DNA from: a virus
Lineage: Duplodnaviria > Caudoviricetes
Virus record (IMG/VR): IMGVR_UViG_3300016667_000843
Location: 1 to 53,112 of that record
Length of the DNA stretch: 53,112 nt
Direction: 5' to 3' (one strand)
Under the pieces are notes generated by a model. That model did no database searches. It was not told where the DNA came from and saw only the letters and a list, made by a program, of their open reading frames with translations. The first letter of the stretch is position 1, and each line of letters starts with the position of its first letter. The position numbers and the translations under genes were made by a program. Of this stretch, positions 8,942 to 16,494 are shown piece by piece.

Positions 8942-9373
8942 ATGGACAGTCCTATCATTAAAGCTGCAAAGCTTCCTCAACGTGGGCAATTGGCTCATGT
9001 TGATCATATTCCAGGCGGTAAGCGTTTCTGGAAGGTAGGACGCCTTTATCAGCTTACAGAATTCGTTATGCTATATAGCCAAAAAACCGATTTGGTTGAG
9101 GTTAAGCAAAAGACGCACCGACGTAATAATAGCCGTTGGCAGAATAATAACCTGTTCAATCCTTTTATTCCGGGGCACGAGCCACGGCATCGTCTTGAAA
9201 AGGGTAGTATTTTTATGCTACTTGCAAAGCCGGATTATAAGACCGTTATCGGTAATCCAAGCGACACTCTTACTGGATCGTATCAGTTGAATATTCTTTG
9301 CAACGAAAAGAGTGGTTGGATCCATCTTTCACATCGCCTTAGTCCCCGTTATTATTGTTGCCCCATTAAGTGA
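8942..9373 (+). CDS. Hypothetical protein
   Basis: ATG 5 nt after the upstream stop; its stop overlaps the next start (GTGA). Confidence 0.65.
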   Translation: MDSPIIKAAKLPQRGQLAHVDHIPGGKRFWKVGRLYQLTEFVMLYSQKTDLVEVKQKTHRRNNSRWQNNNLFNPFIPGHEPRHRLEKGSIFMLLAKPDYKTVIGNPSDTLTGSYQLNILCNEKSGWIHLSHRLSPRYYCCPIK

Positions 9374-10212
9374 AGAAGAAAGAAAATAAAATGCCTCGTT
9401 CAAACTCTGTATTTACTATCAGTTCCAGCCGTCTACTTGACAGTATTTGTTCAGAAGAAAAGTTCACGTCAAAGACCGGTCTGGAACAGATTGAGTATCT
9501 AAACAAGTATCGTTCCCGCCGTGGTCTATATCGCTGGGGTCGTAATAGCATCATGGATAACGTTATTGATGATCAGCCTGGAAAGACCGTAACATTTAAT
9601 CCTATTCGTTGGAAGGGACAGCCATGCAATCCCATTACGTTTCGGTATGTAGGTGGCGATATTGAATATAGTATCCGATATCCGGTGCAGAGCCGTCACG
9701 GTTTGGATCCGGATAGCATTAATGGCGTTATCTATGATTTTATGCCTAATGGCGATGCCTATATTGAGCGTGGTATCAAGAGATTTCTTCGTCATGGTGT
9801 GCATAGTCAATGGGGCAGTAATGACGAGCATGATAAGCTTTTCAGATATCTATTCAAGCAGTATGAAAATGCATGGCTTGATCTAAAGCGCCGTAAGGTT
9901 GCAGAGATTAAGGCTACTCTTGATACTGATAGTGTTAATGAGTTTGTAGCAGCAAAGCGTGCCCAGCATACCCAGGCTATCATGGATATTGCAATGTCTG
10001 TTGGCAATCTAACTGCAAAGCTTGAAACCTATCGTAATCGTATCGGCAGCGTTAATACTGCATATGAAGCAGAGAAGATGTTTGAGGAAGTAGAAATGGC
10101 ATTCCGAAACTTCAACTATGTTCAGGATCGTAATCAGAAGCGTCTAAATAAGAATGTTCGGCTTCCTGGCGGTAAGAACGTTAAGAAGCTTGCAGAAAAT
10201 AATCCGGAGTGA
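9370..10212 (+). CDS. Hypothetical protein with C-terminal coiled coil
   Basis: 280-aa ORF with consistent codon usage; alternative ATG at 9391. Confidence 0.7.
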   Translation: MKKKENKMPRSNSVFTISSSRLLDSICSEEKFTSKTGLEQIEYLNKYRSRRGLYRWGRNSIMDNVIDDQPGKTVTFNPIRWKGQPCNPITFRYVGGDIEYSIRYPVQSRHGLDPDSINGVIYDFMPNGDAYIERGIKRFLRHGVHSQWGSNDEHDKLFRYLFKQYENAWLDLKRRKVAEIKATLDTDSVNEFVAAKRAQHTQAIMDIAMSVGNLTAKLETYRNRIGSVNTAYEAEKMFEEVEMAFRNFNYVQDRNQKRLNKNVRLPGGKNVKKLAENNPE

Positions 10213-10266
10213 AAAAATAGTTTACAAAGTTAACTTGCTCCACTATATTTAAAGAGTGAGTTAGAT

Positions 10267-10339
10267 GGGCGTGTAGCTCAATTGGGAGAGCACCGGCTTT
10301 GCAAGCCGGGGGTCATCGGTTCGACCCCGATCATGTCCA
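10267..10339 (+). tRNA. tRNA-Ala(UGC)
   Basis: GGGCGTG/CATGTCC acceptor with G3.U70; CCGGC-TTTGCAA-GCCGG anticodon arm. Confidence 0.96.
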
Positions 10340-10344
10340 CTTCG

Positions 10345-10759
10345 TATCTTGATAACTTAATATTTAGATCCTATCCGATGGACCGTTCATCGTCTTTGAG
10401 GTCCGATAAGGCAATGGGATTAAAGGAGCCGTAAGTAGCCGCCAGCGCACTAATGTTAAGATTATTATTGGGTATAATGCTGGTTGGGGAAAATCAAGAG
10501 CAATCTTGTAAATCGGAAATAATATTATATGTAACTCTAACATGATGATTAGAGATAGTCAGAAGCGACCTGACTAGCCGTGAAGACCAAGGTATTCCTT
10601 TCTTGGTAATAATGGTGACAAAGCCCCTTCTCGGGAAAGAGAACGCAGATAGAAGCGTTAAGCAAGCAAGCCTACTTTATAATGTTTATGGAACTTGTAT
10701 CTATCATTTTTATGAACTCGGTATATTGTATGTGCGATGTATGATATGCTGGGTTTATA
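10345..10759 (+). ncRNA. Candidate large structured non-coding RNA
   Basis: No credible ORF; at least eight helices, including a GCAA tetraloop and a G.U-rich 22-bp hairpin; lies between tRNA genes. Confidence 0.55.
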
Positions 10760-10774
10760 TTCCGCTTTAGCTCA
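10757..10774 (+). repeat. 18-bp direct repeat ATATTCCGCTTTAGCTCA (copy 1; copy 2 at 11186-11203 includes the tRNA-Asn 5' end)
   Basis: Exact match at both positions, flanking the HNH gene. Confidence 0.9.
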
Positions 10775-10836
10775 AGTTTGTGAGCTAACTCATATAACGG
10801 CATAGCATTTTGTGTTATGCCGTTATATTTATTTGT

Positions 10837-11199
10837 ATGAACAAATATGAAACAAAAGTTTGTGTTAAGCATGGAGAAACAGCCTTTGTATTAGAAGGCA
10901 GAGGTTATTATCGTTGCACTAAATGTCGTTCCGAAAAAGTGCAAAACTATCGTGATAATCTTAAAATAAAAGCCGTTGAGTATAAGGGTGGCAAATGCGA
11001 ATGTTGTGGATATAATAAATGCATATCCGCATTAGAGTTTCACCATAAAGAACCAAATGAAAAAGATTTTGCAATAAGTCATAAAGGGTATACAAGAAGC
11101 TGGGAAGTTGTTAGATTAGAGTTAGATAAGTGCTTGATGCTATGTGCAAACTGCCATAGAGAAAAGCATGAAGAAATGAAAACAAATATTCCGCTTTAG
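10837..11199 (+). mobile_element. Free-standing HNH homing endonuclease inserted at a tRNA gene
   Basis: YKGGKCECCGY...LEFHH...ELDKCLMLCANCHRE; flanked by the duplicated tRNA 5' end; its stop codon lies inside the tRNA. Confidence 0.85.
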
Positions 11200-11310
11200 C
11201 TCAGTTGGTAGAGCGTTCGGCTGTGGAGGTTGAATACGTGTTCTGTTGGTGCAAACCCAAAAACCTCAAGGATAACCGGATGGTCCCTGGTTCGAGTCCA
11301 GGAGGCGGAG
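11190..11310 (+). tRNA. tRNA-Asn(GUU) interrupted by a 48-nt insert (11225-11272) in the anticodon
   Basis: TCCGCTT/AGGCGGA-G73 acceptor, GCTC/GAGC D-arm, TTCGG/CCGGA anticodon stem, CCTGG-TTCGAGT-CCAGG T-arm. Removing the insert restores the loop CT-GTT-AA. Confidence 0.8.
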
Positions 11311-11332
11311 TTTTTAGTAAAGTAAATTTTTA

Positions 11333-11369
11333 GACCCTGATGTTTAATGCATCAGGGTTTTTTCTTTTT
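11333..11369 (+). terminator. Intrinsic terminator
   Basis: GACCCTGATG/CATCAGGGTT stem followed by a long T tract. Confidence 0.8.
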
Positions 11370-11380
11370 AAGCTATAGTC

Positions 11381-11818
11381 ATGGGAATAGAAAATCAAAT
11401 AATAGCGTTATCTGGTGGTTTTGATATTATTCACCCTGGTCATATCCGAATGATCAAGGGTGCTCAAAACTTTGGGCGTGTTATGATAATCCTTAACAGC
11501 GACAAATGGGTTTTAAAGAAAAGGGGTATTGTAATGATGCCCTGGGATGAACGTAAAGAAATCTTATTGTCTATAAAGGGTGTAGACAGCGTAGAACGTG
11601 TAGATGATAGTGATGGAACAGTCTGCGAAGCTCTGAAAAGATTACGCCCTAATGTATTTGGTAATGGTGGTATTCGTGGACAGAGGAACACTCCAGAACG
11701 TCAATTGTGTAATGAGTTAGGTATTGCTTGTATTTGGGGAATAGGCGGTGGAGAGCGTGATGTTTATAGCAATGATATTCTCGAGAAGATATATTCTGCC
11801 AAACGACCCAATATTTAA
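11381..11818 (+). CDS. Cytidylyltransferase-family (HIGH) nucleotidyltransferase, RfaE/TagD/RibL-like
   Basis: SGGFDIIHPGH, NSDKW, ERKEIL...VDSV. Confidence 0.88.
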   Translation: MGIENQIIALSGGFDIIHPGHIRMIKGAQNFGRVMIILNSDKWVLKKRGIVMMPWDERKEILLSIKGVDSVERVDDSDGTVCEALKRLRPNVFGNGGIRGQRNTPERQLCNELGIACIWGIGGGERDVYSNDILEKIYSAKRPNI

Positions 11819-12360
11819 TGGTTATGAATAAAAAGTTATTAAGAGAATATATTGAACTAGTAGTTGCAAAAGCTTTAATGGAGGCGGGTACTATTGGTAC
11901 AATATCATCCAGAAGCACTTCATCTGCTATTTCAACTAGTTCAACGCTTGGTAGCACTTCTACTACAAGTTCTGAAAAGACTAAAAGTAGTGGAAAAGAT
12001 ACAACTAGCAGTTCTGACAATGAAGATACAATATCAAATATTGAAGATATGGTTAAATCTAATACAGAAGAAATTAAAGATAATAAAAAATCTATTAATA
12101 CCGCAGCTCATAATATGGCATCATATACCAACAATATGATATCGGCTACAAATAAAACCGCAGATGGCTTAAATAAAGCGGCTCAAGCAACGAAAGATTT
12201 AAATCGTCCTAATAATTCAAAAGACGATATAAGAAATGCAATTGATCAGCAGGAAAAGTCTTTTACAACTGCGGCAACTGGAACCAAACAAAATTCCGGA
12301 GAATTACAGAAAACTTTAACTACATTACAAACACTAGACGGCGCAACAAAAACAAAGTGA
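11818..12360 (+). CDS. Ser/Thr-rich hypothetical protein with LLREYI N-terminal motif (candidate internal head protein)
   Basis: KKLLREYIELVV...LMEA, then low-complexity and coiled-coil sequence. Confidence 0.6.
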   Translation: MVMNKKLLREYIELVVAKALMEAGTIGTISSRSTSSAISTSSTLGSTSTTSSEKTKSSGKDTTSSSDNEDTISNIEDMVKSNTEEIKDNKKSINTAAHNMASYTNNMISATNKTADGLNKAAQATKDLNRPNNSKDDIRNAIDQQEKSFTTAATGTKQNSGELQKTLTTLQTLDGATKTK

Positions 12361-12404
12361 TATTTTTTAAACTTTTGTAGTTTCGTTATGTAGTCTATAT
12401 GAAT

Positions 12405-12478
12405 CGGAGTATAGCTCAGTCTGGTAGAGCGCCGCATTTGGGATGCGGAAGTCACAAGTTCGAATCCTGTTACTCCGA
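12405..12478 (+). tRNA. tRNA-Pro(UGG)
   Basis: CGGAGTA/TACTCCG acceptor; CCGCA-TTTGGGA-TGCGG anticodon arm. Confidence 0.95.
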
Positions 12479-12492
12479 CTACTTATAAGCAT

Positions 12493-12687
12493 ATGTTAAC
12501 AACAAAAAATATTCGCAAGCTATTAAAAGACACAGAAGGTCTATCAACAGTTGAGTATATTATCATTCTTTGTTTGATAGCCGTTGTTTGTTTTGCCATC
12601 TGGAGACAGTTTGGTGAGACTGTAAAGAGCAAAGTTCAAGGTGCAGATAACCTTGTAGGAACTTTGCCAACAGAATCATCACCCTGA
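12493..12687 (+). CDS. flp: Flp/Fap family (Tad) pilin
   Basis: Basic leader LLKDTEG, then LSTVEY (G-x4-EY prepilin motif), a hydrophobic helix and FGETV; 64 aa. Confidence 0.85.
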   Translation: MLTTKNIRKLLKDTEGLSTVEYIIILCLIAVVCFAIWRQFGETVKSKVQGADNLVGTLPTESSP

Positions 12688-12729
12688 TTACAGTTTAAAC
12701 ATCATATTGTGTTCATGTATCTTTAGAGC

Positions 12730-13749
12730 ATGAATACTAATATTAAGATTGATGTTGTAATAGATTTAGCTCACGGCGATAGCGGTAAAGGTAAAGTATC
12801 TCATGCCTTGCTTGCCAAACGTGAATATACACATTGTTTAAGGTTTAATGGCGGCGGCAATGCTGGTCATACCATTTACCATGAAGGAAAGAAGTTTGTA
12901 ACCCATCTTATTCCTTCCGGCGTATTTCATGGTATCCGTTCCGTAATCGGTCCCGGTTGTGTTGCCAGAACTTCAAAACTTCTTGAAGAAATAAAGTATC
13001 TTGAGGATAATCTTGGCAAGAAGATTAATGTTGGTATTGCTAATAACGTTCATCTTGTTACAGAGGAACATTTAACAGAGGATAGCGGCGATACACGTAT
13101 TGGAACAACCAAAACAGGTAACGGTCCCGCTTATTCTGCAAAATATTCTCGTAGAGGCGTAAGAGCAGAAACCGATCCTGTTCTTAAATCTTACGTTACC
13201 GATATGTATCAAGAGTTTTATACTGGTAAACCAGTTAGGATTTTAGCAGAAGGCGCACAATCATTTAACTTGGATATTGATTGGGGCGATTATCCTTATG
13301 TTACCAGTAGTCATTGTGGTGTAGGCGGTTTGCTTAACAACGGCTTTAATCATAAGCACTTAAGAAACGTTTATGGTGTTGTAAAGGCTTACGATACGTA
13401 TGTAGGAGCCAAGCAGTTCCAGCCCGCAGGAGACGTTTTTAACCGCATTCAAGAGACAGGACAGGAGTTTGGTGCGACCACAGGCAGAAAGCGTCAGGTT
13501 AACTGGCTTAACTGGAATATTATTGAACGTGGAATTCGTATGAATGGGGTTAACACGTTGATTGTTAATAAGGGTGATGTGTTAGATCAAGTTGGAGCTT
13601 GGGGAATTATTGAAAACGGAGAGACAATCCAGTTTCAATCCAAGGAATTATTCCAAAAATGGTTGGACGATAAGACATATGCATTGGATATGAATCATAT
13701 TGTTTTTTCAGAAGGCGCAGACGATTTAACCTTTGTTGATCGTTTGTAG
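12730..13749 (+). CDS. purA: Adenylosuccinate synthetase (short form)
   Basis: GDSGKGK, GGGNAGHT, IGTTKTGNGPAY, EGAQ, DWGDYPYVTSS, EFGATTGRKR; leaderless promoter TTTAAA-18nt-TATCTT-6nt-ATG. Confidence 0.93.
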   Translation: MNTNIKIDVVIDLAHGDSGKGKVSHALLAKREYTHCLRFNGGGNAGHTIYHEGKKFVTHLIPSGVFHGIRSVIGPGCVARTSKLLEEIKYLEDNLGKKINVGIANNVHLVTEEHLTEDSGDTRIGTTKTGNGPAYSAKYSRRGVRAETDPVLKSYVTDMYQEFYTGKPVRILAEGAQSFNLDIDWGDYPYVTSSHCGVGGLLNNGFNHKHLRNVYGVVKAYDTYVGAKQFQPAGDVFNRIQETGQEFGATTGRKRQVNWLNWNIIERGIRMNGVNTLIVNKGDVLDQVGAWGIIENGETIQFQSKELFQKWLDDKTYALDMNHIVFSEGADDLTFVDRL

Positions 13750-13772
13750 GATATAGCTGTATATTTACCCAC

Positions 13773-14144
13773 ATGGCAAAAACAAAAGAAGTAAAAAAAG
13801 AAGTTGCTGTAATAGTCAGAGAAGAAAGACCTTGGGGTTGGTTTGAAACAATCCAAGAAGGCGAGAAGTATAAAGTTAAGCGTCTTTTTATAAAAAAAGG
13901 TTGCAGACTATCATTACAATCGCATGATCAACGTGATGAACATTGGATTGTTATTAGTGGCTTTGGAAATGTTGAAATAGAAGAAGCTGAACGCTTTATT
14001 GGAATTGGCGGGCATATCTTTATTCCAAAGCGTCACAAACATAGAATTACTGCAACCAAAGATATGGAAATCATAGAAGTTCAAATGGGCGTCTGTGATG
14101 AAAAAGATATAAAAAGATACGAAGACGATTACGGTCGGGCTTGA
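13773..14144 (+). CDS. Mannose-6-phosphate isomerase type II-like cupin
   Basis: ERPWGWF...LSLQSH..RDEHW...HRI...EVQMG...EKDIKRYEDDYGR. Confidence 0.88.
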   Translation: MAKTKEVKKEVAVIVREERPWGWFETIQEGEKYKVKRLFIKKGCRLSLQSHDQRDEHWIVISGFGNVEIEEAERFIGIGGHIFIPKRHKHRITATKDMEIIEVQMGVCDEKDIKRYEDDYGRA

Positions 14145-14175
14145 ACAAAAAGATAGACTTGATCTATCTTATCAT

Positions 14176-14247
14176 AGCGGGTTGGAGAAGTAGTAACTCA
14201 TCTGGCTCATAATCAGAAGATCGATGGTGCAAATCCGTCACCCGCAA
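14176..14247 (+). tRNA. tRNA-Met(CAU), initiator-like but atypical
   Basis: A1:A72 mismatch, GCGGGT/ACCCGC acceptor, CTCATAA loop; T-loop TGCAAAT; anticodon stem lacks the three G-C pairs. Confidence 0.8.
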
Positions 14248-14259
14248 TTTAAGTGTTCT

Positions 14260-14331
14260 GCGGAAATAGCTCAATGGTAGAGTCCGAGTTTTCCAAACTC
14301 GTTGTTGTCGGTTCGAGTCCGATTTTCCGCT
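14260..14331 (+). tRNA. tRNA-Gly(UCC)
   Basis: GCGGAAA/TTTCCGC-U73; CGAGT-TTTCCAA-ACTCG anticodon arm. Confidence 0.95.
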
Positions 14332-14334
14332 CTT

Positions 14335-14535
14335 ATGCACATAGTTCAGTTAAACCCTCCTATACCGTTAACAACGCCGAAAGGAAAAGGTTTAGCTCAC
14401 ATGGTAATAGATTACGGAATAGAGCATGAACTTTGTTGGGTCGTCTTTATAGATGAAACCGGCGAATGTTGGACCTATCGTAACTCCGAAATACGTGCTC
14501 AAAAAAATTTAACTTATGGCAGAACATTAGGTTGA
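14335..14535 (+). CDS. Small hypothetical phage protein
   Basis: MHIVQLNPPIPL.TPKGKG.A..VIDYG.EH...WVVF...GECWT; ATG 3 nt after tRNA-Gly. Confidence 0.7.
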   Translation: MHIVQLNPPIPLTTPKGKGLAHMVIDYGIEHELCWVVFIDETGECWTYRNSEIRAQKNLTYGRTLG

Positions 14536-14555
14536 TACCTAAAAATCTCCATTTT

Positions 14556-14629
14556 CCCTTATAAAATAAGGGTAAAAAAATTATTTTTAATACCTTTAAA
14601 AAATCTGATACACCTGCTATTCTGTATAC
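14556..14629 (+). promoter_or_regulatory. CCCTTA-N5-TAAGGG palindrome plus leaderless sigma70-like promoter
   Basis: Palindrome at 14556-14572; TTTAAA(14595)-17nt-TATTCT-6nt-ATG(14630). Confidence 0.65.
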
Positions 14630-15712
14630 ATGATGACGAATCGGACGTTTGGTGTGGAGATCGAGTGCATCGGGATTACGCAGGATGCGGCTTGCGAGGC
14701 TATCCGTGCGGCTGGTCTGGTCTGCGAGATCGAAGGCTACAACCACGCCACCCGTAACCATTGGAAGATCGTCACGGATGCGTCTGTTCGTGATAACCGT
14801 GGCAATCCCGGTATCGAGGTTGTTTCTCCCATTCTCCGTGGGACTGCGGGCATGACGGCGCTTAAGAAGGTTGCCGATGCGCTTAACGCTGCGGGCGCTA
14901 CTGCGAATAAGACCTGTGGGCTTCACGTTCACGTCGGAGCGCAGGATCTTAACATTGACGAGATCAAGATGATTGTTAAGCGTTACGCCGAGCATGAGAG
15001 TACGATCGATAACTTCATGTCGGTGAGCCGTCGACGGGATAATAATCATATGCTTAAGAGCATGGGTTACTGGATGAACACCTATGCGTCGCAGCTTGCG
15101 GCTTGCACGAATACGTCTGCGATTCTCGGTCGTTCGTGGGATCGATACTACAAGGTTAACCTCGCTGCTTACGTTCGTCAGAACACGATTGAATTTCGTC
15201 AGCATAGCGGCACGGTTAGCAGCGCCAAGATTGAGAATTGGGTTCTCTTCGTTCTTAACTTTGTTGAGGTGAGCCGTCAGCTTGTGGCGTCGGTTAACCC
15301 GGCTCCGGTGGCTCGTCGTCGTGGGCGCCCTGCGGGTCGCACGAATGCCCGTGATAAGGGTCTTTTCAAGATTCTTAACGCTCTTTACAATGATTACCCG
15401 AGCCTTAGCCCGAGCCGTCTTGCGGAGATTTCGGGTTATTCGGTGGCGAGCATCCCGGCGTGCATGAGTGAGATTCGTCGCAAGTGGGGGATCACCGTTC
15501 GTAAGAGCCGTATTTGGAACACGTATCGTGTGAGCATCACCGCCGAGCGTTTCCTTGAGATCCAGGCGCAGGTGCAGAGCGGGACGCCGGTTGGTGGTGT
15601 TCAGTCGGTTGCTACCATGCCCTGCGTTCCGTCCGATGATTCTGCGTTCCGTGGTCTGTCGGCTGGTGTGGTTAGCTACTTTGAGGAGCGTACTGCGGAG
15701 CTTTCGGCGTGA
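14630..15712 (+). CDS. Putative amidoligase (COOH-NH2 ligase family) with a C-terminal HTH-like extension
   Basis: FGVEIE, WKIVTDAS, EVVSPIL, TCGLHVHVG, RYYKVNL, TIEFRQHSGT. Confidence 0.88.
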   Translation: MMTNRTFGVEIECIGITQDAACEAIRAAGLVCEIEGYNHATRNHWKIVTDASVRDNRGNPGIEVVSPILRGTAGMTALKKVADALNAAGATANKTCGLHVHVGAQDLNIDEIKMIVKRYAEHESTIDNFMSVSRRRDNNHMLKSMGYWMNTYASQLAACTNTSAILGRSWDRYYKVNLAAYVRQNTIEFRQHSGTVSSAKIENWVLFVLNFVEVSRQLVASVNPAPVARRRGRPAGRTNARDKGLFKILNALYNDYPSLSPSRLAEISGYSVASIPACMSEIRRKWGITVRKSRIWNTYRVSITAERFLEIQAQVQSGTPVGGVQSVATMPCVPSDDSAFRGLSAGVVSYFEERTAELSA

Positions 15713-15945
15713 TTTACCGATTCTTTCATTGGAATATTCGGGCTTCTAATCACCGGGAGTTTGTTGAGCGTCTTTGGCTGGATAGTCTAACGAACGCTCC
15801 GAGCGCCAGGGTCTATATGGAGGAAGTGGCAGAAAGGGCTTATAAGGCTTTTGGAGACTATCTTCGCACCACTAATCCAAAGACTTTTGTTAATGATATG
15901 ATTAGGGCGGGTTATCTTAAGATTGAATCCTGCCAGGAGAATTGA
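15709..15945 (+). CDS. Hypothetical protein
   Basis: GTGA overlap with the amidoligase stop. Confidence 0.6.
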   Translation: MIYRFFHWNIRASNHREFVERLWLDSLTNAPSARVYMEEVAERAYKAFGDYLRTTNPKTFVNDMIRAGYLKIESCQEN

Positions 15946-15946
15946 A

Positions 15947-16327
15947 ATGCACAGAGTTTTTGTTTATGGCAGTTTGAAGCGGGGCTTTCATAATAACGCT
16001 TTATTGTATCAGTCTCGTTTTATTGGGGAGCGTATTACCCAGGATAAAACGTGGATAATGCGTTCCCTCGGAGGGTTCCCAGGAGTGGTTAGAAAGCTTC
16101 ATGGAGGTATGAGTGCTTCTATATTTGGGGATCTTTACGAAGTAGATGATATGACGCTGGCTCGCCTGGATAGGCTTGAGAACAATGGTCATTTTTATTC
16201 TCGTGAGCTTGTGAAACTTCGTGATGAAAATGAGACAGCTTGGATGTATGTTTTGAAGAATGAACACTCATATGGTCGTGATATGCAGCCATTTTTTGAG
16301 GGTGAAAACTTTATTTATCGTTGGTGA
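15947..16327 (+). CDS. Gamma-glutamylcyclotransferase (AIG2-like)
   Basis: VFVYGSLKRG..N, G.LYEV, LDRLE...Y.R, AWMY. Confidence 0.92.
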   Translation: MHRVFVYGSLKRGFHNNALLYQSRFIGERITQDKTWIMRSLGGFPGVVRKLHGGMSASIFGDLYEVDDMTLARLDRLENNGHFYSRELVKLRDENETAWMYVLKNEHSYGRDMQPFFEGENFIYRW

Positions 16328-16375
16328 AATAAATAGTTTATACACTTGATAGGACATGATATATTAAGTGTATGG

Positions 16376-16449
16376 GTTCCTGTAGCTCAGATGGATAGAG
16401 CCACGAGCTTCTACCTCGTTGGTCGCAGGTTCGACTCCTGCCGGGAACG
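16376..16449 (+). tRNA. tRNA-Arg(UCU)
   Basis: GTTCCTG/CGGGAAC acceptor; ACGAG-CTTCTAC-CTCGT anticodon arm. Confidence 0.93.
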
Positions 16450-16494
16450 TTTCTGATACTAAACAAAAAGAAAGATAGAAAAGGTATATAGCTA

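Noticed and set aside
10345-10759. RNase P RNA, group I intron or CRISPR array
   Set aside because: No GAGGAAAGUCC or ACAGAA-CCGGC RNase P motifs, no recognisable P7 core or interrupted gene, and no regularly spaced repeats.
11190-11310. tRNA-His(GUG) with a canonical 37/38 intron
   Set aside because: The body lacks the His identity elements G-1 and C73 and has Asn-type U1-A72 and G73. It is kept only as a less likely alternative.
12730-13749. PurZ (2-aminoadenine, Z-genome pathway)
   Set aside because: It keeps the PurA catalytic Asp (GDSGKGK; PurZ has Ser at this position) and the PurA-type TTGRxR loop; no dATPase or MazZ-like neighbours are visible.
14447-15205. 252-aa minus-strand ORF
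   Set aside because: It is the antisense shadow of the GC-rich amidoligase gene and has no motifs. The same applies to the other short antisense ORFs in the track.
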